Shown: positions 19,812 through 29,000, counted from the stretch's first letter. The stretch is 32,000 nucleotides of DNA from Trichodesmium erythraeum IMS101 (GCF_000014265.1 NC_008312.1:2400001-2432000), one strand, 5' to 3'. Program-made: numbers and translations. Notes: generated by a model not told the origin, from the sequence alone.

Positions 19812-20397
19812 TTCTGAAAAGAGGATATTTTCTCAGATATTAGCATATTTGACGTCCTTAAGCACAAAAGTTGAGATTTCAGCAGTTTTCTATCAAGTTT
19901 ATAAGTGGAATAACTTATGTTTTTGTTTTTTCAAAAAAACATTTCTTTTTCAAATTAATGATATATAACTATATGGCTTTAAAAGGGTTTTCTTGAAAAT
20001 TTGATCAATTATTTGACAATGGCTAAAAAAAGTGAAGTAAGAACTTGTATGGTTAGTAAATTGTTTAACTAAGTAACATTCCCGCCCAAGGAAGAACTAA
20101 AAGCTATCAAAATATATGGCTGGTTGTAAGTTAAGCAACATCAAAAAATGGACATTGGTGTTGTTACGGTGCAGGGAGCGAGTAGACAATATGCTTCAAA
20201 CTATCACCTATAAGCATCTTATTCAAAGAGCAAAACAATACCTGCAACAGCTTTACTCTGGTGATGCTATACAAATTTAATGTGGAGCTTGGAGGGGGTT
20301 AACTATCGCACACGCTCTAGATATATCCTGATGAGTGTAAATTTTGGGAGTAGATAATTTTATTTACGCAAAGGCACTAGTTAAGGGATGGATAAAA

Positions 20398-21585
20398 ATG
20401 TTGAGTAGAGAAAAGACTTCTTTTAAGACTCTAGCACTAGAAAGTGATGCTTATGGAGGTATTTGTCAAAGAGCATGGGTAGAAATTAATGATCGGGCAT
20501 TGAGCTATAATGTCCAACAACTTAAGAGTCTTTTATCAGCTAAAACTCAACTAATGGGAGTAGTAAAGGCAGATGCTTATGGACATGGAGCGTCTAAGAT
20601 CTCTAAAACTATTTTAGAAGCTGGTGTAGATAGGTTGGCAGTAGCCACACTGCCAGAGGGAATAGAATTAAGGTTAGCTGGAATTAAACCACCAATTTTA
20701 ATTTTAGGAGCAATAGACCGACCTGAACAAATTCGGGCGATCGCTCACTGGCAACTAGAACCAACTATTTGTACACCTCAACAAGCTTTAGTTTTTTCAG
20801 AAACTCTTTCCTACCAAACTGAACCAATGCTAGTACATCTTAAGTTGGATACAGGAATGTCTCGTTTGGGAACACCTTGGCAACAGGCGGTAGAATTTGT
20901 AAAATTTGTGCAGGGGTTACCAAATTTAAAAATTGCTAGTATTTATTCCCACTTAGCGACGGCGGATAACTTAGACCAAACGGTGATGAAGCAGCAGCAT
21001 CAAAGGTTTGAGGAAGCAATAGGTCTTTGTGGTATTGGTGGAAAAAGTTTTTCTAGTGATATACAACTTCATTTAGCTAATTCGGCGGCGACGTTAACTG
21101 ACCCTGCTTTACACTACGATATGGTACGAGTAGGTTTAGCTATTTATGGCCTGTATCCGGCACCTCATCTACAGGATAAAATTAATTTAAAGCCTGTTAT
21201 GCAAGTAAAAGCTAGGGTGACACAAGTCAAAACTATTGAAGCTGGTACTGGTGTGAGTTATGGTTATCAGTTTATTGCTCCAAAACAGATGCGTTTGGCA
21301 GTGGTGGGTATTGGTTATGCTGACGGTTTACCTCGTAACCTTTCTAATAGGATGAAAGTCATTGTACGCGATCGACTAATTCCTCAAGTAGGAGCTATTA
21401 CTATGGATCAGTTGATGTTAGATGTAAGTGCTATTCCTGATCTAGAAACGGGTGAAGTGGTAACTTTGTTAGGGCAAGTTGGTAAACATCAAATTTCTGC
21501 TGAAAACTGGGCAAATACTCTAGGAACTATTTCTTGGGAAATTCTTTGTGGTTTTAAAAATAGGTTGCCTCGGGTAGCAGTTTAG
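20398..21585 (+). CDS. alr: Alanine racemase
   Basis: AWVEIN..AL..N, the PLP-lysine motif VVKADAYGHG, SHLA.AD and VSYG match alanine racemase. The track ORF starts at a TTG at 20344. The ATG at 20398 (MLSREK...) fits homolog lengths better. Confidence 0.9.
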   Translation: MLSREKTSFKTLALESDAYGGICQRAWVEINDRALSYNVQQLKSLLSAKTQLMGVVKADAYGHGASKISKTILEAGVDRLAVATLPEGIELRLAGIKPPILILGAIDRPEQIRAIAHWQLEPTICTPQQALVFSETLSYQTEPMLVHLKLDTGMSRLGTPWQQAVEFVKFVQGLPNLKIASIYSHLATADNLDQTVMKQQHQRFEEAIGLCGIGGKSFSSDIQLHLANSAATLTDPALHYDMVRVGLAIYGLYPAPHLQDKINLKPVMQVKARVTQVKTIEAGTGVSYGYQFIAPKQMRLAVVGIGYADGLPRNLSNRMKVIVRDRLIPQVGAITMDQLMLDVSAIPDLETGEVVTLLGQVGKHQISAENWANTLGTISWEILCGFKNRLPRVAV

Positions 21586-21841
21586 AAATTAAATTAGGGA
21601 GAGTTATCAGTTATGAGTATTGACTGTGCTCAGGCAGATGCTTTTAATACTGAGTTTGATTGTTTTTTATAAGCACTATTACAGTTGTTGAAAGCATACT
21701 CTAGTTTGAGTGATGGTTATAATAAGAGGTTCAGTCTTCAGGGGGTGAAAAGCTAGCGGAAAGTTATATATAGAATGTTTTTGCGTTGGAGAACTCAATC
21801 ATAATTCTACTAAAAGAAAAGACAACGCTTATTGAAAATAA

Positions 21842-21888
21842 AGGGGTGTGGTATGTTCATGGAGTGAACGCACTACACCCCTATTTTT
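21842..21888 (+). terminator. Strong stem-loop plus T-run; an orphan intrinsic terminator 257 nt past the alr stop
   Basis: aggggtgtggt (21842-21852) pairs with actacacccct (21872-21882) as an 11 bp stem with one G-U pair. It is followed by attttt. It is preceded by aaaataa, so it could act bidirectionally. Confidence 0.6.
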
Positions 21889-22566
21889 GGTTAATTATTT
21901 TTTCATTTAAGGATGTTTTACAATAGTTAAATATCAGATTAATAAAGGTTTGTAATTACAAATAAAAATCAATAAAAGTGAGTATTTTAAGGTTTTATAA
22001 AAGCTATATTGAGTAAGGTTTGAGCCCATTTGAAGTGGCAATATTACAAATATTCTCCTCAGTAAGTATCAGTATATAAAACTTACAAATATGCAATTTA
22101 AGTAATTATTTTACCCTGTCAATAAAATCATAAAGTAAGGGCAAACATATACAATTTTTTTTGATTATCAATGAGTTAAATTTACCTTTATTCTGGCTTG
22201 CTTTAGTTGAAAAAATTTTTTATACCCTCTTTTTTTTGATAAATTTTTAATTACAATTATAGCTAAAGTTTGATTTTGCTGATATCTCTTGATGGCTTTT
22301 CTCAAAAACGAGTTAGCAAATGTGATAAGTATTAGTAGTGCTTAAGGTAAATCATGCTTTAACTATTTGAATTTATCAAGACTTATACCACTTTTAAATA
22401 ATACTGTTACAGTACTAAGTTATTTTGCAGTTGAGTGTTGAGATTAATACTGTAGCTACCTTTTTTGAATTTGGTATTTTTCAATAATAATCAATAGGGT
22501 TATTGCTATAATTCAATTTTTTTATAGAAACAAAGTTTTATTTAATTATAACTCCCATAATTTGAT

Positions 22567-23040
22567 TTATTGATAACCAAGGTCTGAGGGTAAATCAAGT
22601 TTTTGAGAAGCTTTGACCGCTAATTTATCACAGCGTTCATTTTCTATATTTCCAGAATGACCCCGTACCCAAGAAAATTCAACTTGATGTTTACTGCATA
22701 AATCTAATAATTTTCCCCATAGATCGGGGTTCATTGCTTTATCTTTTTTATTCCGTTTCCAACTGTTAGCTCGCCAACGTTTTGCCCAACCTTTTGTAAC
22801 AGCATCAACTATATATTTAGAGTCAGTATATAAATTGACAATTGATGGAATTTCTAGTTGTTCTAATCCTACTATTACTGCCATTAATTCCATACGATTA
22901 TTAGTGGTTAATTTATAACCTCCAGATAATTCTTGGCGTTTTTTCTCAGATAAAATAATTATACCATAACCACCAGGGCCGGGATTTCCACTACAAGCAC
23001 CATCAGTATAGATAGTAATTTCGGTTCTTTTTTCTGTCAT
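22567..23040 (-). CDS. rnhA: Ribonuclease HI
   Basis: ITIYTDGACSGNPGPGGYG, TNNRMEL, YTDSKY and W..VRGHSG...NE.CD are the RNase H catalytic DEDD-context motifs. The protein is 157 aa. Confidence 0.92.
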   Translation of the reverse strand: MTEKRTEITIYTDGACSGNPGPGGYGIIILSEKKRQELSGGYKLTTNNRMELMAVIVGLEQLEIPSIVNLYTDSKYIVDAVTKGWAKRWRANSWKRNKKDKAMNPDLWGKLLDLCSKHQVEFSWVRGHSGNIENERCDKLAVKASQKLDLPSDLGYQ

Positions 23041-23169
23041 TTTAGTTACTTATTATTACGGTAAGTTTCTTCTAAAGAAGAAGGGAGTAATATAGTATTT
23101 AAGCACGTAAAGGAAAAGATGACAAATTATTTCAGAAAAAGCAGCATTAAGGAATATATTTAATAGGCT

Positions 23170-23830
23170 CTATTCTGACGAGAGGTTATCGTCTAGGAAT
23201 AGTCTTAATTAATTCGGGCTATGGCAATAATACAAGATTTTTGAAAAAACTCGAAGACGGAAAGTTAAAATATGCGCGGAGGTATGGCTAAAAATCGAAA
23301 AATAGTAGTTAAATAAAAATCATCTCCAGAAATAAAAACTAGAATAGATGAAGCTGGCTAAAACTTTACCAACAGAATACTTTTAGCTAGTCATCTTAAT
23401 TTTATAAAAACCAAAAAAAGTTTGACTCACTACATTTAAAGGTTCAATTTCACGGCTTTAAGGAGAAAGAATTTTCCCTATGGCTATGAATGCTGGTTCT
23501 ATAGAGTAGGCGACATAAATTGATTATTTTATTACTAATTTTTAGAGGTTAAAGGTAACATCTCAATGGATGGTAAATACCTAAGTTAAACAGAAACTGG
23601 ATAGAGGTTTTTTACTGAAAATTGCTCATTATGGTTGGGGTTAAAAGAATATCAAGTAAGAGATAAATGGAGTCTAGAATGACATTTTATCTTAGTATTT
23701 TTTGCTTAGATTTTTATCACTTGGTATAAGCTAACTGGAGGATTACAAAGGCAATGGGGGAATAAACTTTTGAAGATATTTACTGTGGACGCGCCAGCGG
23801 CTTCTCGAAGAGTAGCTTTAGAAGCTTTTT
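23170..23830 (+). pseudogene. Decayed C-terminal part of an IS4-superfamily (IS701-like) DDE transposase
   Basis: My translation, broken by frameshifts and stops, gives RGYRLGIVLINSGYGNNTRFLKKLEDGKLKY-GGMAKNRKIVVK*. It continues with ...NRNWIEVFY*KLLIMVGVKRISSKR*MESRMTFYLSIFCLDFYHLV. This parallels the ..SGYGNN..FL..LE.R.L.Y.GG.AKNRKV.. and ..QRNW.EVFYRE.KGWLGL.EYQVRDK.SL.RHF.LVFCAY.F blocks I recall from this transposase family. No intact ORF is present. Confidence 0.55.
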
Positions 23831-24051
23831 TGTAGGGCTATATAATTGGTGTCTAGTTGCCCCTAAAGTAGAGGTTTTTTCTGGTGAGGTGAGAGGGGTG
23901 TTAGTTAGCTTAATTAATATTAATTGTTCTAAAGAAGAGACTATTAAATTAGTTTTTGGTTGTGCTAAGTCTGGTAAGTCTAAATCGTGGAAGGTGGCTT
24001 CTTATTGGTATGAGGAATTAAAGCACAAATACGATGATTTAGGAAGGTAAA

Positions 24052-24396
24052 ATGGCTATGGATATAAAGAAGAAAAGACTATTTAAATTAGATGGATTTA
24101 TTAAGCTATTAAAATTTATTAGTTTTGGGGTTGGAGTTTTTGCGATCGCAGGAATAGCAATCTATCCTTTAATAGGCAATAAACCTGTAGATGAAGTCAA
24201 GGATAAAACAGAAGAAACTACTAGTGTTTTACCTCCTGCTAACTATACAATTATTATGGGTAAACAGGAGAATGAAGTAGTTATAAAGTTCCACAAACAA
24301 GCTTCAGAATTACACCTAAAGAATATATCTACTAAAGAGTCTAATTGCTTGCTCAATGGCGGCAGATTAAATTGTGTTTTAGCTACAGCTTACTAA
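24052..24396 (+). CDS. Hypothetical protein with an N-terminal transmembrane helix; possibly truncated by an in-frame TAA (see findings)
   Basis: The 114-aa ORF has a hydrophobic segment FISFGVGVFAIAGIAIYPLIG near the N-terminus and no recognised domain. The same frame stays open for 57 more codons after the TAA. Confidence 0.4.
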   Translation: MAMDIKKKRLFKLDGFIKLLKFISFGVGVFAIAGIAIYPLIGNKPVDEVKDKTEETTSVLPPANYTIIMGKQENEVVIKFHKQASELHLKNISTKESNCLLNGGRLNCVLATAY

Positions 24397-24734
24397 CCTA
24401 AATCAGAAGCAACTGAAAAGCAAGTTAAAACTACTCCTAAAGATGAATTTAAACACCAATTCTATAAGATTCCAGATATAGAAATTAGTAGTGATATGAT
24501 GGAGAATATTATGGTTTTTGGTGGTGTAGTTCTAGGTATTTTAGTTATCAGCAGATTCCGTTCCAAATGATTTCTATCTCTAAAAGTTACATCGCTCTAC
24601 AACTTAATTCTAGGGTGATTTTTTTATAATGACGAAGAAGGATAATTATGGGATAAGGCTAGAGTTAACTATTATCTGATAAAAAAAGATTTTTGATTTT
24701 CTTTTGCATATATTTCTGGCACAAAGCATAAAAA

Positions 24735-27700
24735 CTAATATTTATCTTGATTTTGTTTTGATTCATTTTTCTCATTTAAAAATATTTGATAGTTTTTCAG
24801 AACTGTTTGAGTGTTGGGATGTTCTTCACCTAATGATTGTGTAAATATTTCAATAGCTTGTAGGTACAAAGGTTCAGCTGCTTCGTATTTTCCTTGTTCA
24901 CGATATAATTCTGCCAGGTTGTTGAGGTCTCTTGCAAGAGATGGATGATTTTCAGGGAGGGCGATTTTGTCGATTTCTATTGTTTGTAGATACAATTGTT
25001 CTGCAGCTTCGTATTTTCCTTGTGCATGATATAATCCTGCCAGGTTGTTGAGGTGTGTGGCTAATTGTGGATGATTTTCTGGGAGGGCGATTTTGTCGAT
25101 TTCTATTGCTTGTAGAAACAAAGGTTCTGCAGCTTCGTATTTTCCTTGTGAATGATATAATAATGCCAGGTTGTTGAGGTCTGTGGCAAGAGATGGATGA
25201 TTTTCAGGGAGGGCGATTTTGTCGATTTCTATTGCTTGTAGGAACAAAGGTTCTGCAGCTTCGTATTTTCCTTGTTCACGATATAATTCTGCCAGGTTGT
25301 TGAGGTCTCTTGCAAGAGATGGATGATTTTCAGGGAGGGCGATTTTGTCGATTTCTATTGCTTGTAGGAACAAAGGTTCTGCAGCTTCGTATTTTCCTTG
25401 TAACTTATATAATGCTGCCAGGTTGTTGAGGCCGCTGGCTATATTTGGATGATTTTCAGGGAGGGCGATTTTGTGGATTTCTATTACTTGTAGGAACAAA
25501 GGTTCTGCTGCTTCGTATTTTCCTTGTACACGATATAAATTTGCCAGGTTGTTGAGGTGTGTGGCAATACCTGGATGATTTTCAGGGAGGGCGATTTTGT
25601 GGATTTCTATTGCTTGTAGGTACAAAGGTTCTGCTGCTTCGTATTTTCCTTGTGCACGATATAAATTTGCCAGGTTGTTGAGGTGTGTGGCACGTTGTGG
25701 ATGATTTTCAGGGAGGGCGATTTTGTCGATTTCTATTGCTTGTAGGTACAAAGGTTCTGCAGCTTCGTATTTTCCTTGTAACTTATATAATGCTGCCAGG
25801 TTGTTGAGGCCGCTGGCTATATTTGGATGATTTTCAGGGAGGGCGATTTTGTCGATTTCTATTGCTTGTAGGAACAAAGGTTCTGCAGCTTCGTATTTTC
25901 CTTGTGAATGATATAATAATGCCAGGTTGTTGAGGTCTGTGGCAAGAGATGGATGATTTTCAGGGAGGGCGATTTTGTCGATTTCTATTGCTTGTAGGAA
26001 CAAAGGTTCTGCAGCTTCGTATTTTCCTTGTAACTTATATAATGCTGCCAGGTTGTTGAGGCCGCTGGCTATATTTGGATGATTTTCAGGGAGGGCGATT
26101 TTGTGGATTTCTATTACTTGTAGGAACAAAGGTTCTGCTGCTTCGTATTTTCCTTGTACACGATATAAATTTGCCAGGTTGTTGAGGTGTGTGGCAATAC
26201 CTGGATGATTTTCAGGGAGGGCAATTTTGTGGATTTCTATTGCTTGTAGGTACAATTGTTCAGCTGCTTCGTATTTTCCTTGTGCACGATATAATGATGC
26301 CAGGTTGTTGTAAATAGCTGCAATATCAGAATTATTTTTATCTAAACGTTTTTCAGCTATTTCTTTACCTTTCTCTAACCAAGGTTGTGCCAGTGGGTAC
26401 AATCCTTGACCTTGATAAAATGAGCCTAAGCTTGTAAAAGGTATAATCAAATCATCATCGCTCAAATATTCAGCCAAATTGTCTGCTATTTCTGTAATAT
26501 GAGGTATATCAATCTCAACTTCTTTAACTTGTTCTACTGTAATGTCATTGTTATAAGGAATTTTCTCTGCCGCACCTACAATTACCCGACAAAACTGAGA
26601 CTTCAACTGTTCTACTTCCTTCATTGCATTCAACTTATCTTGAAAATATCGACGTACTAATTGATGCAATTCATAAGTTCCCTGTGTTGTCTTTTGAATT
26701 AAATTTAAATCTAACAAAGTATCTTCCCTAATATCTTCCCAAGTTCTTGAATCTAATACATCAACTTTTTTTGGAGGCATCAATAATAACCATAAACGTG
26801 AAAAAGTAGGAAACCACCTTTGTATAATTCCTTTCTCCTGACTTTCATCTTTAGACAAACATTTTTCCACCAAATTCCAAGGTATAGGAGCCAATGCAAA
26901 AAGACTCAACAAACAGCCCAAATACCTTCCCCTTTCATCTAATTCATTCCAACTCAATTCAAAAGCAGCGGCTACTCCACGCTGTGCTGTCATTTCTCCC
27001 TGTGGTGGGTTCTGTAGCACCGAGAAATTTAAAGCTTGTTTTTCCAACTCTTGTATCATTCTTTCCAATGTCCATTCAGACCGCCTCTTCAGAAATCGCC
27101 CCACCAACTCTAATCCCAAGGGTAAATATCCCAACCATTCACAAAGTTGCTTTGCTTCCTCTATTTGTGTCCCTAAACGAGAATTGCCAATTAAGACCTC
27201 TAATAATTCTAAAGCAGAATCTTCATCCAAAACCTCCAAACGTAACTGTGAAAAAGATTCTGACAACCAATATTTACGAGTAGTAATTAATAATTTAAAA
27301 CGTTGTTTTTGTGGAGGTAAATACTGCTCAATTTCTTCATATTTATTAACATCATCTAGAACAATTAAAACATCTCCAGGTGGTTGCCAATTTGACCAAC
27401 AAAAGCTAATTCTTTCTTCTAAACTCCAATCTTCAGCCGGAAATAATCCTAATTGAGTTTGAGCAAAGCTTAATAACTGTTCTCCCACACTTCTTTCCCT
27501 AACATTTATCCAACAAATACCACCAGGATAATTCAACTCCTTTTCAGATAAAAGAGAATATTGAAGTGCTAATTCTGTTTTCCCAACGCCTGCCATACCT
27601 GTAACTACTGCTGTAATAGATACACGCTCTTTTTCCTGAAGTTGTTCATGTAAATTTTCGATATCTTTATCTCGACCAACAAATTTAACAGCACCAGTTC

Positions 27701-27902
27701 GTAATATATTTAAATTATTAGGAAACTCTGCTGGCTCACCCTTCCATGAAACATTTTTTGTGTCATTAATAATTGTCTTAGCAAAAGTTGAATTTACAAT
27801 ATTGCCTGAATTAACACCAACACCATGAGTCTCCTTAATATCAACTTTATCCTCAAAATTATCTGACATATTAACCTTGTTTATGATTTGGATTTTTGCC
27901 AA
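24735..27902 (-). CDS. NB-ARC (STAND) NTPase with a C-terminal array of 12 near-identical 42-aa TPRs; NLR-like
   Basis: NB-ARC motifs are GMAGVGKTELA (Walker A), VLIVLDDV (Walker B), KLLITTR and GYLPLGLELVG (GLPL). These are followed by repeats of NHP..A..LNNLA.LY..QGKYEAAEPL.LQAIEI.KIALPE. The likely true start is the ATG at 27869 (MSDNFEDKV...), by homology to the N-terminus of the upstream ORF. Confidence 0.9.
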   Translation of the reverse strand: MAKIQIINKVNMSDNFEDKVDIKETHGVGVNSGNIVNSTFAKTIINDTKNVSWKGEPAEFPNNLNILRTGAVKFVGRDKDIENLHEQLQEKERVSITAVVTGMAGVGKTELALQYSLLSEKELNYPGGICWINVRERSVGEQLLSFAQTQLGLFPAEDWSLEERISFCWSNWQPPGDVLIVLDDVNKYEEIEQYLPPQKQRFKLLITTRKYWLSESFSQLRLEVLDEDSALELLEVLIGNSRLGTQIEEAKQLCEWLGYLPLGLELVGRFLKRRSEWTLERMIQELEKQALNFSVLQNPPQGEMTAQRGVAAAFELSWNELDERGRYLGCLLSLFALAPIPWNLVEKCLSKDESQEKGIIQRWFPTFSRLWLLLMPPKKVDVLDSRTWEDIREDTLLDLNLIQKTTQGTYELHQLVRRYFQDKLNAMKEVEQLKSQFCRVIVGAAEKIPYNNDITVEQVKEVEIDIPHITEIADNLAEYLSDDDLIIPFTSLGSFYQGQGLYPLAQPWLEKGKEIAEKRLDKNNSDIAAIYNNLASLYRAQGKYEAAEQLYLQAIEIHKIALPENHPGIATHLNNLANLYRVQGKYEAAEPLFLQVIEIHKIALPENHPNIASGLNNLAALYKLQGKYEAAEPLFLQAIEIDKIALPENHPSLATDLNNLALLYHSQGKYEAAEPLFLQAIEIDKIALPENHPNIASGLNNLAALYKLQGKYEAAEPLYLQAIEIDKIALPENHPQRATHLNNLANLYRAQGKYEAAEPLYLQAIEIHKIALPENHPGIATHLNNLANLYRVQGKYEAAEPLFLQVIEIHKIALPENHPNIASGLNNLAALYKLQGKYEAAEPLFLQAIEIDKIALPENHPSLARDLNNLAELYREQGKYEAAEPLFLQAIEIDKIALPENHPSLATDLNNLALLYHSQGKYEAAEPLFLQAIEIDKIALPENHPQLATHLNNLAGLYHAQGKYEAAEQLYLQTIEIDKIALPENHPSLARDLNNLAELYREQGKYEAAEPLYLQAIEIFTQSLGEEHPNTQTVLKNYQIFLNEKNESKQNQDKY
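24825..26336. repeat. Intragenic tandem array, 12 x 126 bp (the TPR units), including a 5-unit-offset internal duplication
   Basis: gggagggcgatttt recurs at 24955, 25081, 25207 and onward with period 126. The 280 bp at 25313-25592 are identical to 25943-26222, an offset of 630 = 5 x 126. Confidence 0.95.
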
Positions 27903-28261
27903 TCTTCCAAAGCTGCAATAACAAAGCTACTAGCAGGATGATTAAGTAATTGTTCAACAGCAGCAACTCCACCAGCTTTTATAGCGCTAAATATTTTTTG
28001 TGCCTTAGTCGGATGATTATCAATATGTGTAATTACCTCTGTAGCAATTTTCATTCTGTCCATTGTTGTTTCTGACGGATAAGTTTTTTCTAGTTGCTCT
28101 AGTAATTCTTGAATATCTCTTGCTGCTTCTGTCAAGTTTTGTTGTTGAGATTCATAAATTGTCATTGTCTTAGCAAATTTTGAGGTATTAATATTTCCCT
28201 TGTTAATACCTACACCATAAACTTCTTGAATAGAAACTTTATCCCCGGAATTTTCTGACAT
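27881..28261 (-). CDS. Small helical protein sharing the N-terminal ~35-aa motif of the downstream NB-ARC/TPR protein
   Basis: The 126-aa ORF begins MSENSGDKVSIQEVYGVGINKGNINTSKFAKTMTI, against MSDNFEDKVDIKETHGVGVNSGNIVNSTFAKTIIN in the NTPase (20/35 identical). Its stop lies 11 nt upstream of the NTPase ATG at 27869. The remainder is predicted helical (..AARDIQELLEQLEKTYP...AIKAGGVAAVEQLLNHPASSFVIAALEDWQ). Confidence 0.7.
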   Translation of the reverse strand: MSENSGDKVSIQEVYGVGINKGNINTSKFAKTMTIYESQQQNLTEAARDIQELLEQLEKTYPSETTMDRMKIATEVITHIDNHPTKAQKIFSAIKAGGVAAVEQLLNHPASSFVIAALEDWQKSKS

Positions 28262-29000
28262 ATTTGTACCTAATTTAGAATTTGATATTTAATGGGCTTT
28301 TTAACTCTCCCACATATTAACTTAAAAAAGGAATAGCGATCGCCACCAAAGCAAACTCAACAGACTCCATTTTAAACTTCCCTAGCTAATATAGTTGTCC
28401 AAACATTATACGAAGCTACAAGGAAGTTAACAAAAACCAACAAAATACTCACTTAAATTTTTCAACATCTATGCAACGAACCCAACAATTTAGTAATCAC
28501 AAATACATCCCAATATTGCCAGAGAAAACGGGAATATTGACCGAAATGGGTCAAAAGCAGTATTCAGTAAATTTATTTAATATATATAAAAATATTATCT
28601 ATAGGTAAATCCTGTCCAGTTATCCGAAATGCCAATGCCCAACCTACTAACTACAATACATATAGCAGTCCGTTGGGGGTTGCGACAAATCAAAAAGTAA
28701 ATAAAACCTTTAAAACTCTTACCTATTCTCTGTTCCCTCTTCCCTGTTCCCTAAAAAGCAGTAGGATTTTTGCCATGAACACTCATAGGATTGCTATAGT
28801 AGAGTTGTTTAGAAATAAAAATTTAAAATCCTCAAAAGTTTACTCTATAAAGTATTCATAATTTTAGGCATCAATAACACTATAAACCTTGACTGATAAT
28901 CGTTCCAGCCATTTTTTGGCCTGAATTCCCCACAACTCTAGTATATTGAGATAAACAAGTTTTTGATAAACTTCTGTGTGAATCTGTAATAATAAAACTG

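Noticed and set aside
20116-20280. A 54-aa ATG-initiated ORF (MAGCKLSNIKKW...YSGDAIQI) upstream of alr.
   Set aside because: It falls below the track threshold, and I recognise no RBS or homology. It is kept only as a note.
26894-27456. Two plus-strand ORFs (129 aa and 90 aa).
   Set aside because: Both are antisense inside the NB-ARC domain coding region, and the NB-ARC motifs on the minus strand are unambiguous.
28673-28861. A 62-aa plus-strand ORF between the NLR-like operon and fni.
   Set aside because: It overlaps short pyrimidine repeats (ttccctcttccctgttccct) and dispersed-repeat-like sequence typical of cyanobacterial intergenic DNA. It is not convincing as coding.
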